This document shows positions 40,673 through 54,640 of a DNA stretch of 64,000 nt, piece after piece (within the stretch, counting starts at the first letter, position 1; the number at the start of each line of letters is the position of its first letter). The DNA is from Octopus bimaculoides (taxonomy: Eukaryota), in the NCBI RefSeq assembly GCF_001194135.2, contig NC_068994.1:38416343-38480342 (forward strand), in the 5' to 3' direction. The translations under genes were made by a program, and so were the position numbers. Under the pieces are notes generated by a model. That model was not told where the DNA came from and made no database searches. It was given only the letters and a program-made list of their open reading frames with translations.

Positions 40673-40900
40673 ACTTACCAACAATTGTCTGTTGTTTATA
40701 CAGCTGTTACTATTTCATGTACTGGTAGCAAAGTTGCAGCTGGAGTTCCGAGTAGTTTGATGTATGGGTGTATTAAGTAGTTCTATCAAGTTTTTTGTGT
40801 AGTATGTAATGTGTGTTGTAGCCAATGACAAGCTATTATTCCAATGCAAGGAAACAAAAGTACAGCCTCCAGTTCTTGCAGTAAATGATGGGCTGACCAC
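40673..40900 (-). promoter_or_regulatory. Putative promoter + non-coding exon 1 of P4 (degenerate)
   Basis: Same block with small deletions; donor at 40679; CGGAAG changed to CAAAAG, TGACTCA changed to TGACCAC. Confidence 0.62.
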
Positions 40901-42223
40901 ATACACTTACATATCCATGTTATAGTTGTATGTGAGATGTACATAAATGAATAGTTAAGAATGATGGTTATCTAGAATTTCAACGATAGGTAATAAATTC
41001 TATTTGGGTAATAGTATTGAATATATATACCTGTTTTAAGAATAAAATGTTTTATGACTAAATTAAATGTTTGCAAGTTTTCAGGATCAAATATTTTTAA
41101 TTTCTCATTAACAATACTTAGTATATGTAACAAAATGGTGCTAAAATTAATAGGAAGTATTATGAATGTAATTTATATACACTATTCTGAATTATCAAAC
41201 TAATTTTAACATACAAAATCAAGTCTTTAAATAAGAAATTAATTACAATCAAATATAAAAGAATTTTAGGTGGTTTTATAACAATTCCAATTTAGCATTG
41301 TGTAAAATATTAACTCAATCCAATATAATGATATTTACATTATTTGTATATTGTTTGTAATATTATATGTGTGTATATATATCATCATATTCTCCAAATT
41401 AAAACAATATTCTAGTTCATTCTTATATTTTTTCCAATTAAGTGAGCAAATGAAGAATAACAATACCGAAGTGTATTGTTTTTGTAATATTCTCAGTAAA
41501 GGAATCCTCATAATGTTTGAAGCTTAATATATTTCTACATGAGGGAAGAATGATTCCTCGTGTTTAAAGACTGATCTAGAAAATGTAATCAGCTAATGAA
41601 GACTATATGACATATATGACAATATTCTCCATAACAAAATATTTAAAAAATCCTACAATTATATATTTACTCAAACATTTAAGTAAATATAAAGTCTCAC
41701 ATCTGATCACTTATAATAATCATATTAAACTACACACATTAATAAGGAGGGAAATTAATCAGTCATTTTGCATACATTTCAAAAATTAAACTATATACTA
41801 TTTATAACTAAATAAAGGAAGTTTTAATGAAAACCTTACACTTGATCATATGATAAAATCCTAATAAAAACTATCAAGCTTGTGATATTTATGATATTAC
41901 TTCTACAAATGTACTATAACAATATATATTGCAAGCATTTACTATTGAAGTAATACTGTTTTTTGGAACAAGGAATCTCAAAGCAGTTGATAAAGCTATA
42001 ACTAATAGTGTTCTTTTATTATTTTACTTGTTTTAGAGATTTGACAGTGGCCATGCTGGAGCACCACCTTAAAGGGTTTTAATCGATGAAATCAACCCCA
42101 GTACTTATTCTACTGGTGTCTTTTGCCAAACTGCTAAGTTACAGGGACATAAACACACCAGCATCAGCTGTCAAGCCATAGTGGGTTGGGGTGGAGACAA
42201 ACACACATACACACATAAATATA

Positions 42224-42890
42224 TACAGGATATGGTGAATAAATTGTTGTCTAAGTTACTCAAAAATGGAAATAACATTGACATTTCATTGTAACAGATA
42301 TATTTACCAAACTTACATTAAAATATCTTGAAATACTAAAGAGTAAATTTATTCAATAAAATCGCCATTGAGTTCAACCTCGGCCTCCAAACGACTTTGG
42401 AATCTCCTACAACTCTTCTGGACAGTTTCCTTGTTTAAGTTGGTTAATGCTGCCATAATCCTTGCCTTTAGTTCATTTTGGTTTTACAAGGAGTTTTGTT
42501 AGTCTCTTGCTCAACTGTGCCCCACACATAATCAAGGGGGTTGCAGTCTGGGAGTTAGGTGGCCAGATGTTAGGGGTGGTATGGTTACAGAAATTGCCTG
42601 ACAGCCATGACTGGGTTCTCCTGGTTGTGTGGCATATTGCAGTGTCCTGTTGCACAGACATAGGGTCTTCCCTAACCCTAGCCACCCACTTGACTCAGGA
42701 CAGCACTACCTCCTGCAGGCACTTGATGTAGGCTTCTGTGTTGAGTGTGAGGCGATGTGGTAAGATGGAGGCATAACTTTGCCATCACTAGTGATCACTC
42801 CAAACACCATGATGTTGATTGGATGTTTGATTTTTATCGTTCTCAGTACACATCTTTTGATTGCATGGTCCACATATTGACACTCAAACA
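42224..42890 (-). mobile_element. Tc1/maT-like transposase 3' fragment
   Basis: Minus-strand remnants VMVFGVITSDGKVMPP, VWQQDTAICHT, WPPNSPDCNPLDYVWG; ends at tacagg in a TA context. Confidence 0.72.
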
Positions 42891-43136
42891 CTCTGAAATA
42901 TTTATACTGGAGCTTCTAGTGTGAATGCCAAACAGTACAGCATGTCATTTCCAAATTACTGGCAGAGTGAACTGCGGCATGGTGCTGTCTTTCTCACAGA
43001 CAGTGCCCAATTAATCCTACTATACTGTGTAGATGACAAAATCAAAAACAATGTGCATGTGTGATATTAAAAATATAAAATGGCAACAATTTACCCATCA
43101 CACCCTGTACATACATTATATATATATGTGTGTGTG

Positions 43137-43213
<77 letters not shown>

Positions 43214-43443
43214 TAGCAGACATACCTAGTGTTGCTCAGGATTTAAACTGCATAGTGCACACATATGGTACACTTAAGTTGAAACATGATACAGGGAAGT
43301 GCAGCATTGATGACAAAACATTTGAGGAGTAAATGATAGGCTAATTTGACTAAGTGACATTTCATGCATCTCTTTGGAAGATTCCAGGCCCTAACCATTT
43401 CATGGGAAAGTGGGTGGGAGGTATGTGATTTATATATGTGATT

Positions 43444-43482
<39 letters not shown>

Positions 43483-44213
43483 GACAGATTTCTTTCAGTT
43501 TCTGTCCACCAAATCCACTCACAAGGCTTTGGTGGGCCCCTAGATTATAGTAGAAGACAACTTGCCTAAGGCGTAAAACAGTGGGACTGAACCAGGAACC
43601 TCATGGCTGGGAAGCAAACTTCTTACCACACAGCCATGTCTGAAAAAGGTTTTGAAAAGAAAAAGTGTTTTAACCTAATATTCACACTCTATCATTTATA
43701 GCTTTGTCATCGGCTTCAAGATCCACTGTTCCAAAAATAAACAAAGAAGAATTATTTCACTTTCTCTTATGACATCAACAATTTACTATTGAATACTTTT
43801 GACAAACATTTTAAGAGGATTATCTTTTCTGAAGAAGTATTTCTCTTTAAACCTCTAAATTCAAGTAGTCTTTGTAGTGAGGTTGAATATTTAATGCCAA
43901 TAATTAATATCGAATGAAATATTATTCATGCTATTTAATGTCTTATGTCTTTTATACTTTAGTTTATTTTGGAAAAGTAATTGAAACTGATAATATTTCT
44001 AAATTATAATTCCATGCAATAAATATTGATTATTCAATCTACACAAGATAAAATATGCTAGAGGATACTGGTATGGAAGGGGTACAGGAGATGAATGGGG
44101 AAAACGTGTGGAAACAGTTTGGGGGCATCCTATGGAACGACCTAGATGAGATGATTGACATATATATTATTTCATTGTTCTCTTAAAGCTGACATCTAAG
44201 TTTTTTGTAATAG

Positions 44214-44521
44214 CTATAAATTGGTGATACCTAAGGTATTGAAGGTACTGTTTGGTAGTGTTGTTACTTTAGGTACATCTGGTGAAGGTGGTTTACTGTG
44301 TGAAGTAAACTGACTTGTCATTGGTACTGAAACTGGTTGTTCAGTTAAATTCAATGTAGTATTAGCTGTAGTCAAAGGCATTTGGTCAGGATAATAGGAC
44401 GTGTTTATATCAACGTTATGGGGATAATATCTGTTATTGTTATCTCCCTTTGATCTGTTCAGTGTAGGTGGGAGTTCATTTCTCCTGTTCCATGTAAGTT
44501 CACTTTGGTAACGGCACAGGT
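44214..44521 (-). CDS. P5 terminal exon 4 (DLCRYQSELTWNRRN...VTTLPNSTFNTLGITNL*)
   Basis: attcccag|AC acceptor, translated by hand to TAG at 44214. A 1-nt insertion shifts the last ~12 codons relative to paralogs. Confidence 0.83.
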
Positions 44522-44896
44522 CTGGGAATAAATAGATAATTTATCTATCAAAGAGTTCACTATCTAGAATGCATTTCAGACAAACCAAAATGATGCTGTT
44601 TTACTAAATTGGTTCTTAGTAGCTAAAATTTTAATATTTTTATACTTTAGCAGAAAAATGTCTGTGTATTTATATACATTGCTCATAATATTGTTGAATA
44701 TATTGAAATATAGAAAATGAACTCACTTTTAAACTAAAAAGATGGACAATCAGTTGATCGAATTAATATTTACATCTTTGATATCATAATTATATCAATC
44801 CCTTATTTAATATTCATTTCTACTTTTGACCTCCTAGTATTCATTTCTACTTTGGACCGCTTAGCAATATAGAAATATTCAGCATTTCTAACTTAC

Positions 44897-45047
44897 CTGG
44901 CAATTCCTCATAGTGTCCAGCATTACAGACACTCCAGTCACGACCACTATCAGTGTGAGATGACAATGTTGACATCTCACTGAATTGGTCAATACTGTTT
45001 AGTTCTCTGTAACCTGGAGACATGCTTTCTTCCCTTGGAACAAACAT
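44897..45047 (-). CDS. P5 cytoplasmic exon 3 (151 nt, MFVPREESMSPGYREL...GHYEELP)
   Basis: aattttag| acceptor, CCAG|GTAAGT donor; matches ORF 44847..45047. Confidence 0.88.
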
Positions 45048-46110
45048 CTAAAATTATAAATCCAGTGGATCATCATAATGTTCTGGACATTTAAAAATGA
45101 AAATATAAAATATAAACCAGAAATTAAAATATCAACAAACCATCAATTGGAATATTCATTTCTAAACTATGGTACAAGTCATAGGCTAAAAACTTGAACT
45201 CTAACATAGACACAAAACATTAATCAGAATATTTGAACCAATCATAGCATATTTTATGTTCTTTGTCTCCAATGCATCCACAAAATCACTATCTCTTGAC
45301 ACAGATTACTATAACTTGAATTGCAAATAATTAAATAAACTTAGATAAAGAAGAAAATAAGACTCGTATTAAATAATTTAGCTAGTCAAGTTCAATGAGG
45401 GTATGAATAACACTGTGCAACAAAATTTTTAATTTTTTCTGTCTTTGGTCAGTAAGTAATATTACCTATTTGCTTCTATCTAGAAATCAAACGAAATGAC
45501 TACTATTCCCTTCAAACTTTACTTTTGACATCAATGTTTTCAAACTCACCTATTTTCCATTACATTTCAGACACATTCATCACTGAGTGGCTGAAGCATA
45601 AATATCTTTATAGCAAATGTTCAGCTCAATACCACAGGTTTGCTTCTCACTTGTTTGGCATTGACCACTTGAGCATGTCTCTTAATGGCTGACAATATAT
45701 GCATCTCTGATCATAAGCAGGAGTAGTGTGGGAGTATCATAGCCATATGTTGAGATTCTTTGGGGTTTGAACAAATGAACAAAAGGGAGGTTTGAAGGAA
45801 GTATTAGCCATTTTTCATACTTTCTAGGGATAAGCAAATAGGAAATGACAGTTGCTACCTGAGGATAAAAATCGTGTTACACAGTGTAATAATGAATAAG
45901 TTAAGACCATGTTCAAATTCCCAGATATCTGTTAATGCTATCACAGCATGTTCCTTTAACAGTAGGAATAACCTAGATGGAATCTCTACCTGATTCCCAT
46001 TAAAGCAGTAGTGAACAAAACATGTAGAAACAGAAAAAAATATTGAAAATAGATTGCTGAACATGTTGCAGCTTTGTAGTCAAGTATGTTTATGATTCAT
46101 TGTTAATGGT

Positions 46111-46493
46111 GGAGGTGCAATGGCCCAGTGGTTAGGGCAGCGGACTCGCGGTCATAGGATCGCAGTTTTGATTCCCAGACCGGGCGTTGTGAGTGTTTAT
46201 TGAGCGAAAACGCCTAAAGCTCCACGAGACTCTGGCAGGGGATGGTGGCGAACCCTGCTGTACTCTTCCACCACAACTTTCTCTCACTCTTACTTCCTGT
46301 TTCTGTTGTGCCTGTAATTCAAAGGGTCAGCCTTGTCACACTGTGTCATGCTAAATATCCCCCGAGAACTACGTTAAGGGTACACGTGTCTGTGGAGTGC
46401 TCAGCCACTTGCACGTTAATTCCACAAGCAGGCTGTTCCGTTGATTGGATCAACTGGAACCCTCGACGTCGTAAGCAATGGAGTGCCAACAAC
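46111..46493 (+). mobile_element. tRNA-derived SINE family A (copy 2), P5 intron 2
   Basis: Colinear with 32812-33197. Confidence 0.82.
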
Positions 46494-48580
46494 ATTGTTA
46501 ATGGTATCCCTCATAGCTGTTACTTTACTTTGGTTTTAATGGAAAAAGAAAAAAAAATCAGATTGTTTTGAGATGAAACAAGTGTGATAAACCCATCACA
46601 TCATCTGGTAAATGAGCAAGGCCTAGGTTCTTTATAGTTGTGGAAATTATTGATGATATTCATTCTTAGGATGAAAAGTGAACAAGAATTTTAGTAAGTT
46701 TACCCTTATGCAGACAATGAGAGTCATTTGGACAAGTAAACTGGTGAAAATGGTGAGGAAAGAAGTGATTTGGATGAACAAATATGGTAATTGAGAGATA
46801 AGTGTACTATTGTTCTTCTCCTGAACCTTTTTTTGTGATTCTATCCATTTGTTTGCCTGTAATAATTACTCTTGAGCTGTGTATGCAACTCATTGTTTTT
46901 TAGCTCAAGTGTGCAGGTAGAGGGTAAAATTAGATGGGGGAGGAGCAAGTCTGAGAGGGTTAAACTTGTGTACCATGATTCCCTAGGTGGCATACTGAAA
47001 CCTTTCTAGCAATGGAAATGACAAGCACATTTCATTCACATCTATTGACTACAGCATATGTGCAGATAATAATTGTGGTAAAGAAATTAATGGTTTCAAA
47101 TTTTGGCACAAGGCCGGCAAGTTTTGGGGGAGTAGAGTAGGTCGATTACATCCACCCTAGTGTTCAAATGGTACTAATTTTAACCCTAAATGGATGAAAG
47201 CTGAAGTCGACCTTGACAGTATTTGAACTCAGAATGTAAAAACATGAAATACTGCTAAACATTTTGTCCAGTGTGCTAATGATTCTGCCAGCTTGCCACC
47301 CTGTGGTATGGTAAGTAATGTAAATATTTATTTAGATAACTATGGCTATAAAACCCTCCAATTCCAAAAGGTAACTCATGGTGGTGGCTGGTGTATAGGC
47401 ATTGCAGAACTGCAGCACCCCCTATTTCCACTTGACATTATCGATAACATTCTATATAAGGAGTCCTTTTTTCTTAATTCTTTCTTGATACTTGTACATT
47501 ATATAATCCTTAAGTTTAATGTCAATAGCCTTCCCCTAGTTTATGAAAAAAATACAAAAATCCTTGTATAGAACTGTGCACTTCAAAGTTCCAGCAATGC
47601 AGTGTTTGGCTGTTGTGCGCATGCTCACATGTCCGAGATAGGAAGCTTCACACTAGAGAGTGAGAGCACCGTCGTTCATGCAGTGCCAGTGAAAGGTAGT
47701 GTTTCTTTTTGACTCTGCATGAGTTGTGCTTAAAGATGTGTTTATATTCTTGAATACGATAAAGTGTAGAATTAGATTATTATCCTGCTTCCAGTTTTGG
47801 TGTTGCTGCCAGGATTTGAAAAATAGGGCTCATTTCCCCACTTTATTTTGTGAATTAGGGGGTGATTTTTGAAAAACAAGGAGGAATTCATGCGGTATTC
47901 AGTGAACAAATTAATCACACTCTACTTGGCTGTGGCTAAAATGTGAACCAATCAAGTTTATGTATAAATATTCTTTTTAGATGTTTGTTTCCTTTTACAC
48001 AGTATTAAAACAATGCCTAAAAATTTTCTGAAGCAGCACCTTTACTAATTTTATCTACAAGCCACCACTGGTAACTCGTGGTATTCAATATATATTTGTA
48101 GGTTCCGAATTTTCATTGCAGCTCTTACATGGTGTGGTTTAATTGTAAAACAAGTGAATATCGGTAAATATTGTAGTCAGAGTAATGGTGGATGATGTCT
48201 TACAAGATATACAAATATGAGAGATCACTTGTTTGAGTGGAGAGTTACTGAAACTGGATAAGTTGATCTATTGATAACATCATTTACACCAGCTTCAAAA
48301 TTTATAGCAATCTTTAAACTCTACATAGAGATTACTGTCTTTGGTTGGAACAAAACTAAGACCAGCAAAAGAAACTGTGTTTAAGGAAGATTATTTAGAA
48401 ACCATTTCTGCAATTGAATCTCAGATTTTGAGGTTCACACTTCACCAAAGTAAAAGTATATGTTACTTTGAATATATCTTTATATTTTAAAGGAAAAATT
48501 CTGTTTTTAATCTGTACAGAAGAAGCTGCATCTGACATGATTAAAAATTAATATGCAAAATTGCAAAAATTTCATCTTAC

Positions 48581-51153
48581 CTGATTGTTTTCTCTTGAAG
48601 CCTGATCATCCCATCTATAAGACATAGTTCTGCAGTGAATATTGTCTCTGTCTACTATTGGTTGTTGAGATTTCTTCACATTTCTCTCCACTGTGTACTG
48701 AACTCCAGGAGGAACACAGGTAGGGTCAAATGTATAATTTGATTGGATGTTTAATGTAGGTGTAACTTTGTGATACATATCAACACTGTTGTTATAGTTG
48801 CTATGTGTCTGCTTCAGTCTATGAACTATACAGATTGATATAGAGATCACTATAACAATTGATACTATCACAGCTGCTATAACAATAACAATCATCACAT
48901 TAAATTGGAGGCCATTACTTGATTCCAGTGTTGTCTTTGAAGGTGTCTTAAACATCTTTGTGTTGTTACTAACTGTTAGAGTCANNNNNNNNNNNNNNNN
49001 NNNNNNNNNNNNNNNNNNNNNNNNNNNNNNNNNNNNNNNNNNNNNNNNNNNNNNNNNNNNNNNNNNNNNNNNNNNNNNNNNNNNNNNNNNNNNNNNNNNN
49101 NNNNNNNNNNNNNNNNNNNNNNNNNNNNNNNNNNNNNNNNNNNNNNNNNNNNNNNNNNNNNNNNNNNNNNNNNNNNNNNNNNNNNNNNNNNNNNNNNNNN
49201 NNNNNNNNNNNNNNNNNNNNNNNNNNNNNNNNNNNNNNNNNNNNNNNNNNNNNNNNNNNNNNNNNNNNNNNNNNNNNNNNNNNNNNNNNNNNNNNNNNNN
49301 NNNNNNNNNNNNNNNNNNNNNNNNNNNNNNNNNNNNNNNNNNNNNNNNNNNNNNNNNNNNNNNNNNNNNNNNNNNNNNNNNNNNNNNNNNNNNNNNNNNN
49401 NNNNNNNNNNNNNNNNNNNNNNNNNNNNNNNNNNNNNNNNNNNNNNNNNNNNNNNNNNNNNNNNNNNNNNNNNNNNNNNNNNNNCCATAACCTCAACAAC
49501 AACATTTGCTGTGTTCTCCAGTGATGGTGTTCCTTTATCTTTTACTAAAACCTTAAACTCATACATGTTCCTTTCTTCTCTGTCTAGCGACTCAATTGTA
49601 GAAATAAATCCCACATCAGATATCTGAAATGGTAGAATATCTTTACCATTCGTCAATAAAGAATAGGTTAATTGTCCTCCATCTCCAATATCTGGATCTG
49701 TAGCATCAACATATCCCACAGGGAAGTCTTTGTGTTCATTTTCATAGGTGAGAAACTTAAATATGTCCTGACTAAATTGAGGTTGGACATCATTCGTGTC
49801 AGTGACCAGCATTGAAAATTCTTTCTCTATTGTCAATGGAGGTAAACCATTATCTTGACATTTAATGGTGAAACTAAAGCTCTTTTCACTCTCTCTATCT
49901 ATTTCACTCTTGACAACAACTTTGTATTTCTTTTCAGACATTGAGATTAGCTGCAGGTATTTATTTTGTAAATGACACTTCACTTGTCCATTTACGCCAT
50001 TGTCATTGTCAATAACTTTGACATAAGCAACAAAGCTGTGAATTTGAATTGCTTCTGAGATGGCCGTTTTGTTTCCTGCTGACTTTAAAACAAATTTTAC
50101 ATGAATTTTTGGTGGACTATTAAGGTAACTGACCCCATTAATAAGGATGGTGGCTGTTGAAGACATAGGTATTTTTCCATTATCCGTGGCTTCAACAGAC
50201 AATTTATAGATTTTTCCAAATTCAAATTCTTTCTTTACAAATAATTCTCCAGATGTTTGATTTAAAATAAAGAATTTCTTATCTTTATCTAAGGTATCAG
50301 GACTGAATGTATATAGAATTTGTCCATTAGTACCCTGGTCTACATCTGTGGCAGTTAAATTTAAAATAGGTTTGTACAAATCCTGTGTATCTTTTACTGT
50401 GACATTATAAATACTTTGGGAGAACACAGGTGCATTGTCATTTTTATCTCTTACTAAAATATGTATCTCCATACCTGCTTGTTTTGGAGGGGATCCTCCA
50501 TCTGTAGCCATTAGATGAAGATAATAATTTTTCTTCATTTCTCTGTCTAGTTTTCCATTCAGAATTAATTCGATCTTACTTTTCCGGTCAGAAACTTCTA
50601 TTACCATTAACTGGAAAGTATTATTATTATTATTCCTCAGTTCATAAGAAAGCTTTGAGTTCTGAATACTGACATCTTTGTCAATGGCATTTAAAACTAT
50701 TTCTTTTGTTCCAATCAATACGTTTTCATCATATTGCAGGTGAAATTCTTTCTCTGGAAATATGGGATAATTGTCATTGACATCTTCTATCATAACTTTG
50801 ATTTCTAATATTTTGGTAAAAGAATGACCATGGTGAACTGCTATTTCCAATATCCTGAAACAATCCACATTATATTGACAAAGAATTTCTGCATCCAATA
50901 TGGCAGCTGTGTACAGTTGTCCTCCAGGTGTAACATTAAATAACTGAATAGTTCCATCAGTGCTACCCTGGAGTATATTAAATGTCAGTTTGTTGCTGTT
51001 GTCTTGAGACTGTATATTATCCAGTAAGTGTGTATCAGTGACAATATCTCCAATATAGCTGTGTGTGTCATTGTTCTCTTTCACATGGTAGATATGATCC
51101 ACACACCAGCAACTTTCTTCCATTAACAACATCAACAATATTAAGGTAAACAT
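48581..51153 (-). CDS. Protocadherin P5, large exon; N-gap 48985-49484 covers EC6
   Basis: ORFs 48982..51204 and 48572..48955. Acceptor catttcag| (exon starts 51185), ATG 51153, donor CAG|GTAAGA at 48581. Substituting the P2-equivalent 312 nt for the gap gives 2385 nt (795 codons, in frame). Confidence 0.92.
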
Positions 51154-51580
51154 ATCTTCAATTTTCTTCAATATATTCCACTGGTCTGAAATGGATATGT
51201 ACACAGGAAATAAATATGATAGATGTGGTTAGACTTTTCTAATGTAATTATATAAAAATAAATTATGCATACTGTAGTAAGGTTAAAGTAATCTGAACCA
51301 AAAAAAAAAAATTACAGAATATATTAATACTTTTGTCTTGATAAATATAATCATGATAATATAGAAGCTACAGTATATAATGCTGTTAATTACGGAGAAT
51401 TAAGAAATTTTACAACGATGAAGAATAACATTTAGCTAATTATTTGGATATCTTTCAATTGTAAAAGACTTTTCTGGATGTCAGAATCATGCTTTTCTCT
51501 TTGATATTCTAATAGCTTTCTGACACTCTTACAACACTTATGTGAATGATATATGTATACTGTCGCACATATATCAGCAG

Positions 51581-51624
<44 letters not shown>

Positions 51625-53389
51625 TTGTTCATAATGTTGCATCTTTGTAAATACATATTTTGTTGTTTTTTTTATTTTAGTTCAATTTGAAGAATGAATA
51701 TCTTTACTATTTTTTTTCATTCCCTGCTGAACATTTATGTGAATTTGTTGTGGCCCATCTATTGCGTTTAGCAGTGTTGAAATATGTCTAAAATAAAGAA
51801 TTGCCTATTATTCCTTTAAAAACACTTTCTTTTTTCACACTACAATAAAAATTAAACATGTAACATATTTAGTATAGTAATTTGCAGATTAAGTCTAACT
51901 TAATAAGAAAATGTACATGTAACACTAATAGTAACATTCATATTATCACAATATTTACCTAACTCAAGGTGGTGAGCTGCCAAAATTATTAGCATGCCAG
52001 ACAAAATGCTGCAAAGCATTTTGTCCATCCTTATCTTCTGGGTTCAAATTCCACTGGGGTCAGCTTTGCCTTTTATCATTTCGAAGTCAATAAAATAAGT
52101 ACCAGTTGAGCACTGGGATTGATGTAATCAACTTAGTCCCTCCCACAAAATTGCTGACCTTGTGTTAAAATTTGAAACCAATATTTACCTAATTGTATCA
52201 CATTTGCTAGATTGTTTAATGGCTTAGAAAGAGAAAATTATAGACAGATTTTCTCTAGATTAATGTTATCCTTGTTGCTCACCCTTTTCTGTTTTTCAAG
52301 TAAAGCATTTTTTTTTTTTTCCTGAGGTATTTGAAAGAGCAGAGAAATTGGATGCCTTGTTGACAGGTTACATCAACAAATATCATCTGTTACAGCCAAG
52401 CAACAAATGGCGACATCATTATTTGTAACCACAGCTACACTCGTATTGTAAACAACCAGACACTGATCCAGGTACACATAGGCATATACACAAATATACA
52501 CAAAAGATTTCCTTCAATTTTCATCAACCAAATTGCCTCACAAGGTTTTGGTTGGACCAGAGCTCGAGTAGAAGACATATGGTTAAGGTGTTATGCAGTG
52601 GTCAAGAAGTGAACTTGTTAACTATACAGTCATGCCTGCACCTACATTAAGCTTGGATGCTCATTGCACAATCTATAAATATTCTGTATTTTCCAGTATT
52701 CATTAGTTAGTGTAGGGATATCTAAAAGCATGCATGCATACACAGTTTAAAATATAAGCATATAATCTTGCTTTGAAATGGAACTTAAGGAATCCAACAG
52801 AATTTCTCAGCAGCATAGTATAATCATATATAAAGATTATCTGTCACATGCATACAACAGCAAGACAGTATGACTGGGTAGGTTATACCATTTGTGTCAC
52901 TCACAAGCAAGAATGGCTTGGTGGCATGTTCAATGCTTTCACTGACTGTTTTAGGTGTCTATATAATCATAAGCAAAAACAAACAACTTTTGGCTCTCTC
53001 ATCCTTCACCCAGTGAAACATCAAAGATGTGGCAGTTAGCAGAAGAAAGAACTGCACCAGTACTGAGCTGGTAATCCTCTGCAGCTGAGCAGACTGGGGC
53101 AACATGAAGTGACATGCTTTACTCAAGGACAAAACATACTGCTCAGTCCAGGAACTGAAACCCAAGATCATGTGATAGTTTGCTCAATAGCCTAACCACT
53201 AGACCATGCATTTTACTGTGTGTGTATGTGTGCAGGTATGGGTGAGTAGTTAAGAAGTTTGCTTCCCACCCACATGGTTTCAGGTTTAGTCTTATAATAT
53301 GACATGTAGCAAAAGTATCTTTTAATAAAGTCTTAGGCCATCCAAAACCTTGTGAATGAATTTAGTAGACAATAAGAAAGAAACCTGTC

Positions 53390-53428
<39 letters not shown>

Positions 53429-54378
53429 TGAGTGAGTGTGTGAGTGTGTGTGAGTGTCTCCTGGTGTTGCCATCATTTGATTGTTGTAGATGAAAGTTAT
53501 TTAATTACCATATTCTGCAAAAACATGTCTGGCCTTGGGAAAATATCGCGTTGCCTGGAAACGGATAATGGTTGGCAACAGGAAGGGTGTCCAGTCGTAA
53601 GAAAATCTGCTTAAAGGCAATCTATCTGAGCCGTGCAAGCATGATATAAAAGGACTGAATGATGGTAATAATGATGATTGTGGGTGGGGAAGGGTTAGGG
53701 TTAGGGTTAGAAAAAAATTAAAATTAAGAAATTTACAGTCTCGTCCTAAACTATAATCTCGACCCTTGAACAAATTTTCTTGGTGGTCCAAGATTGTAAG
53801 ACTTGTACCAAAACGTTTACGAAATAATTCACTTTGCATCGTGAAATTTTTCTATTTATTGTTTTCCAAAGCAGTGCATCACTAATTTGTACCGAATTTA
53901 CTATTTTACTAAGAATTGTCTCCCTTGTTCCTGGCTTATTTACTCTATGTTCTAATAATAGAATATGATGAAAATAAGACATATCAAATTTACAATGCAG
54001 CATGGAAATTCGATTATCAAGTATATATATATATATATCTTATGATATCCTATTATTTTACGTCAACATCCTGACTAAATATGGTGCACAATATTATAAA
54101 GATATTTTGATAATTATAATTGTTAAATACATCTATAAGTGATAAGGTTCTATATCAGAATATTTCTTAACACCAACACTATATATTTGTAAAAGGTAAA
54201 GCAGGTGACAATGAAAATTAAGTCTTTACTTAAATAACATGATGATGTGGAAGTCACTAAACTTACTTTTATTGTTGTTTCTTGGAGACAGAGAGAGACA
54301 GAGACACAGAGAGAGAGAAAGAGAGAGTTGTGAATGTCTAAATAAATGATTTACACATAACAGAAACTTTTAAGAAAT

Positions 54379-54640
54379 ACTTACCAAGTTGTTTATTAAT
54401 GCTGCCAGTCGTTTCTACAGTTGCTACTGTACTGTTCCAGTGTTCTGGTAACAAAGTTGTAATAATAACAGGAGCTTGGTATGTGACACTGTTATATAGT
54501 TCTATGAAGTTGCTTGTGTAGAATGTAATGTGTGTTGTGGCCAATGACAAGCTGTCTTTTATTCCAATGCAAGGAAACGGAAGTACAGCCTCCAGCTCTT
54601 GAAGTAAATGATGGGCTGACTCACAGACAAGTTTACTTCC
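54379..54640 (-). promoter_or_regulatory. Putative promoter + exon 1 of P5
   Basis: Same block; donor TTG|GTAAGT at 54385; motifs intact. Confidence 0.72.

Noticed and set aside
52400-52413. GCAACAAATGGCGA as a CTCF site
   Set aside because: Four mismatches to the CCASYAGRKGGCRS core and no equivalent seen in the other units.
53692-53710. (GGGTTA)3 telomere-like repeat
   Set aside because: Only three units, embedded in repeat-like sequence; no evidence of a chromosome end or fusion.
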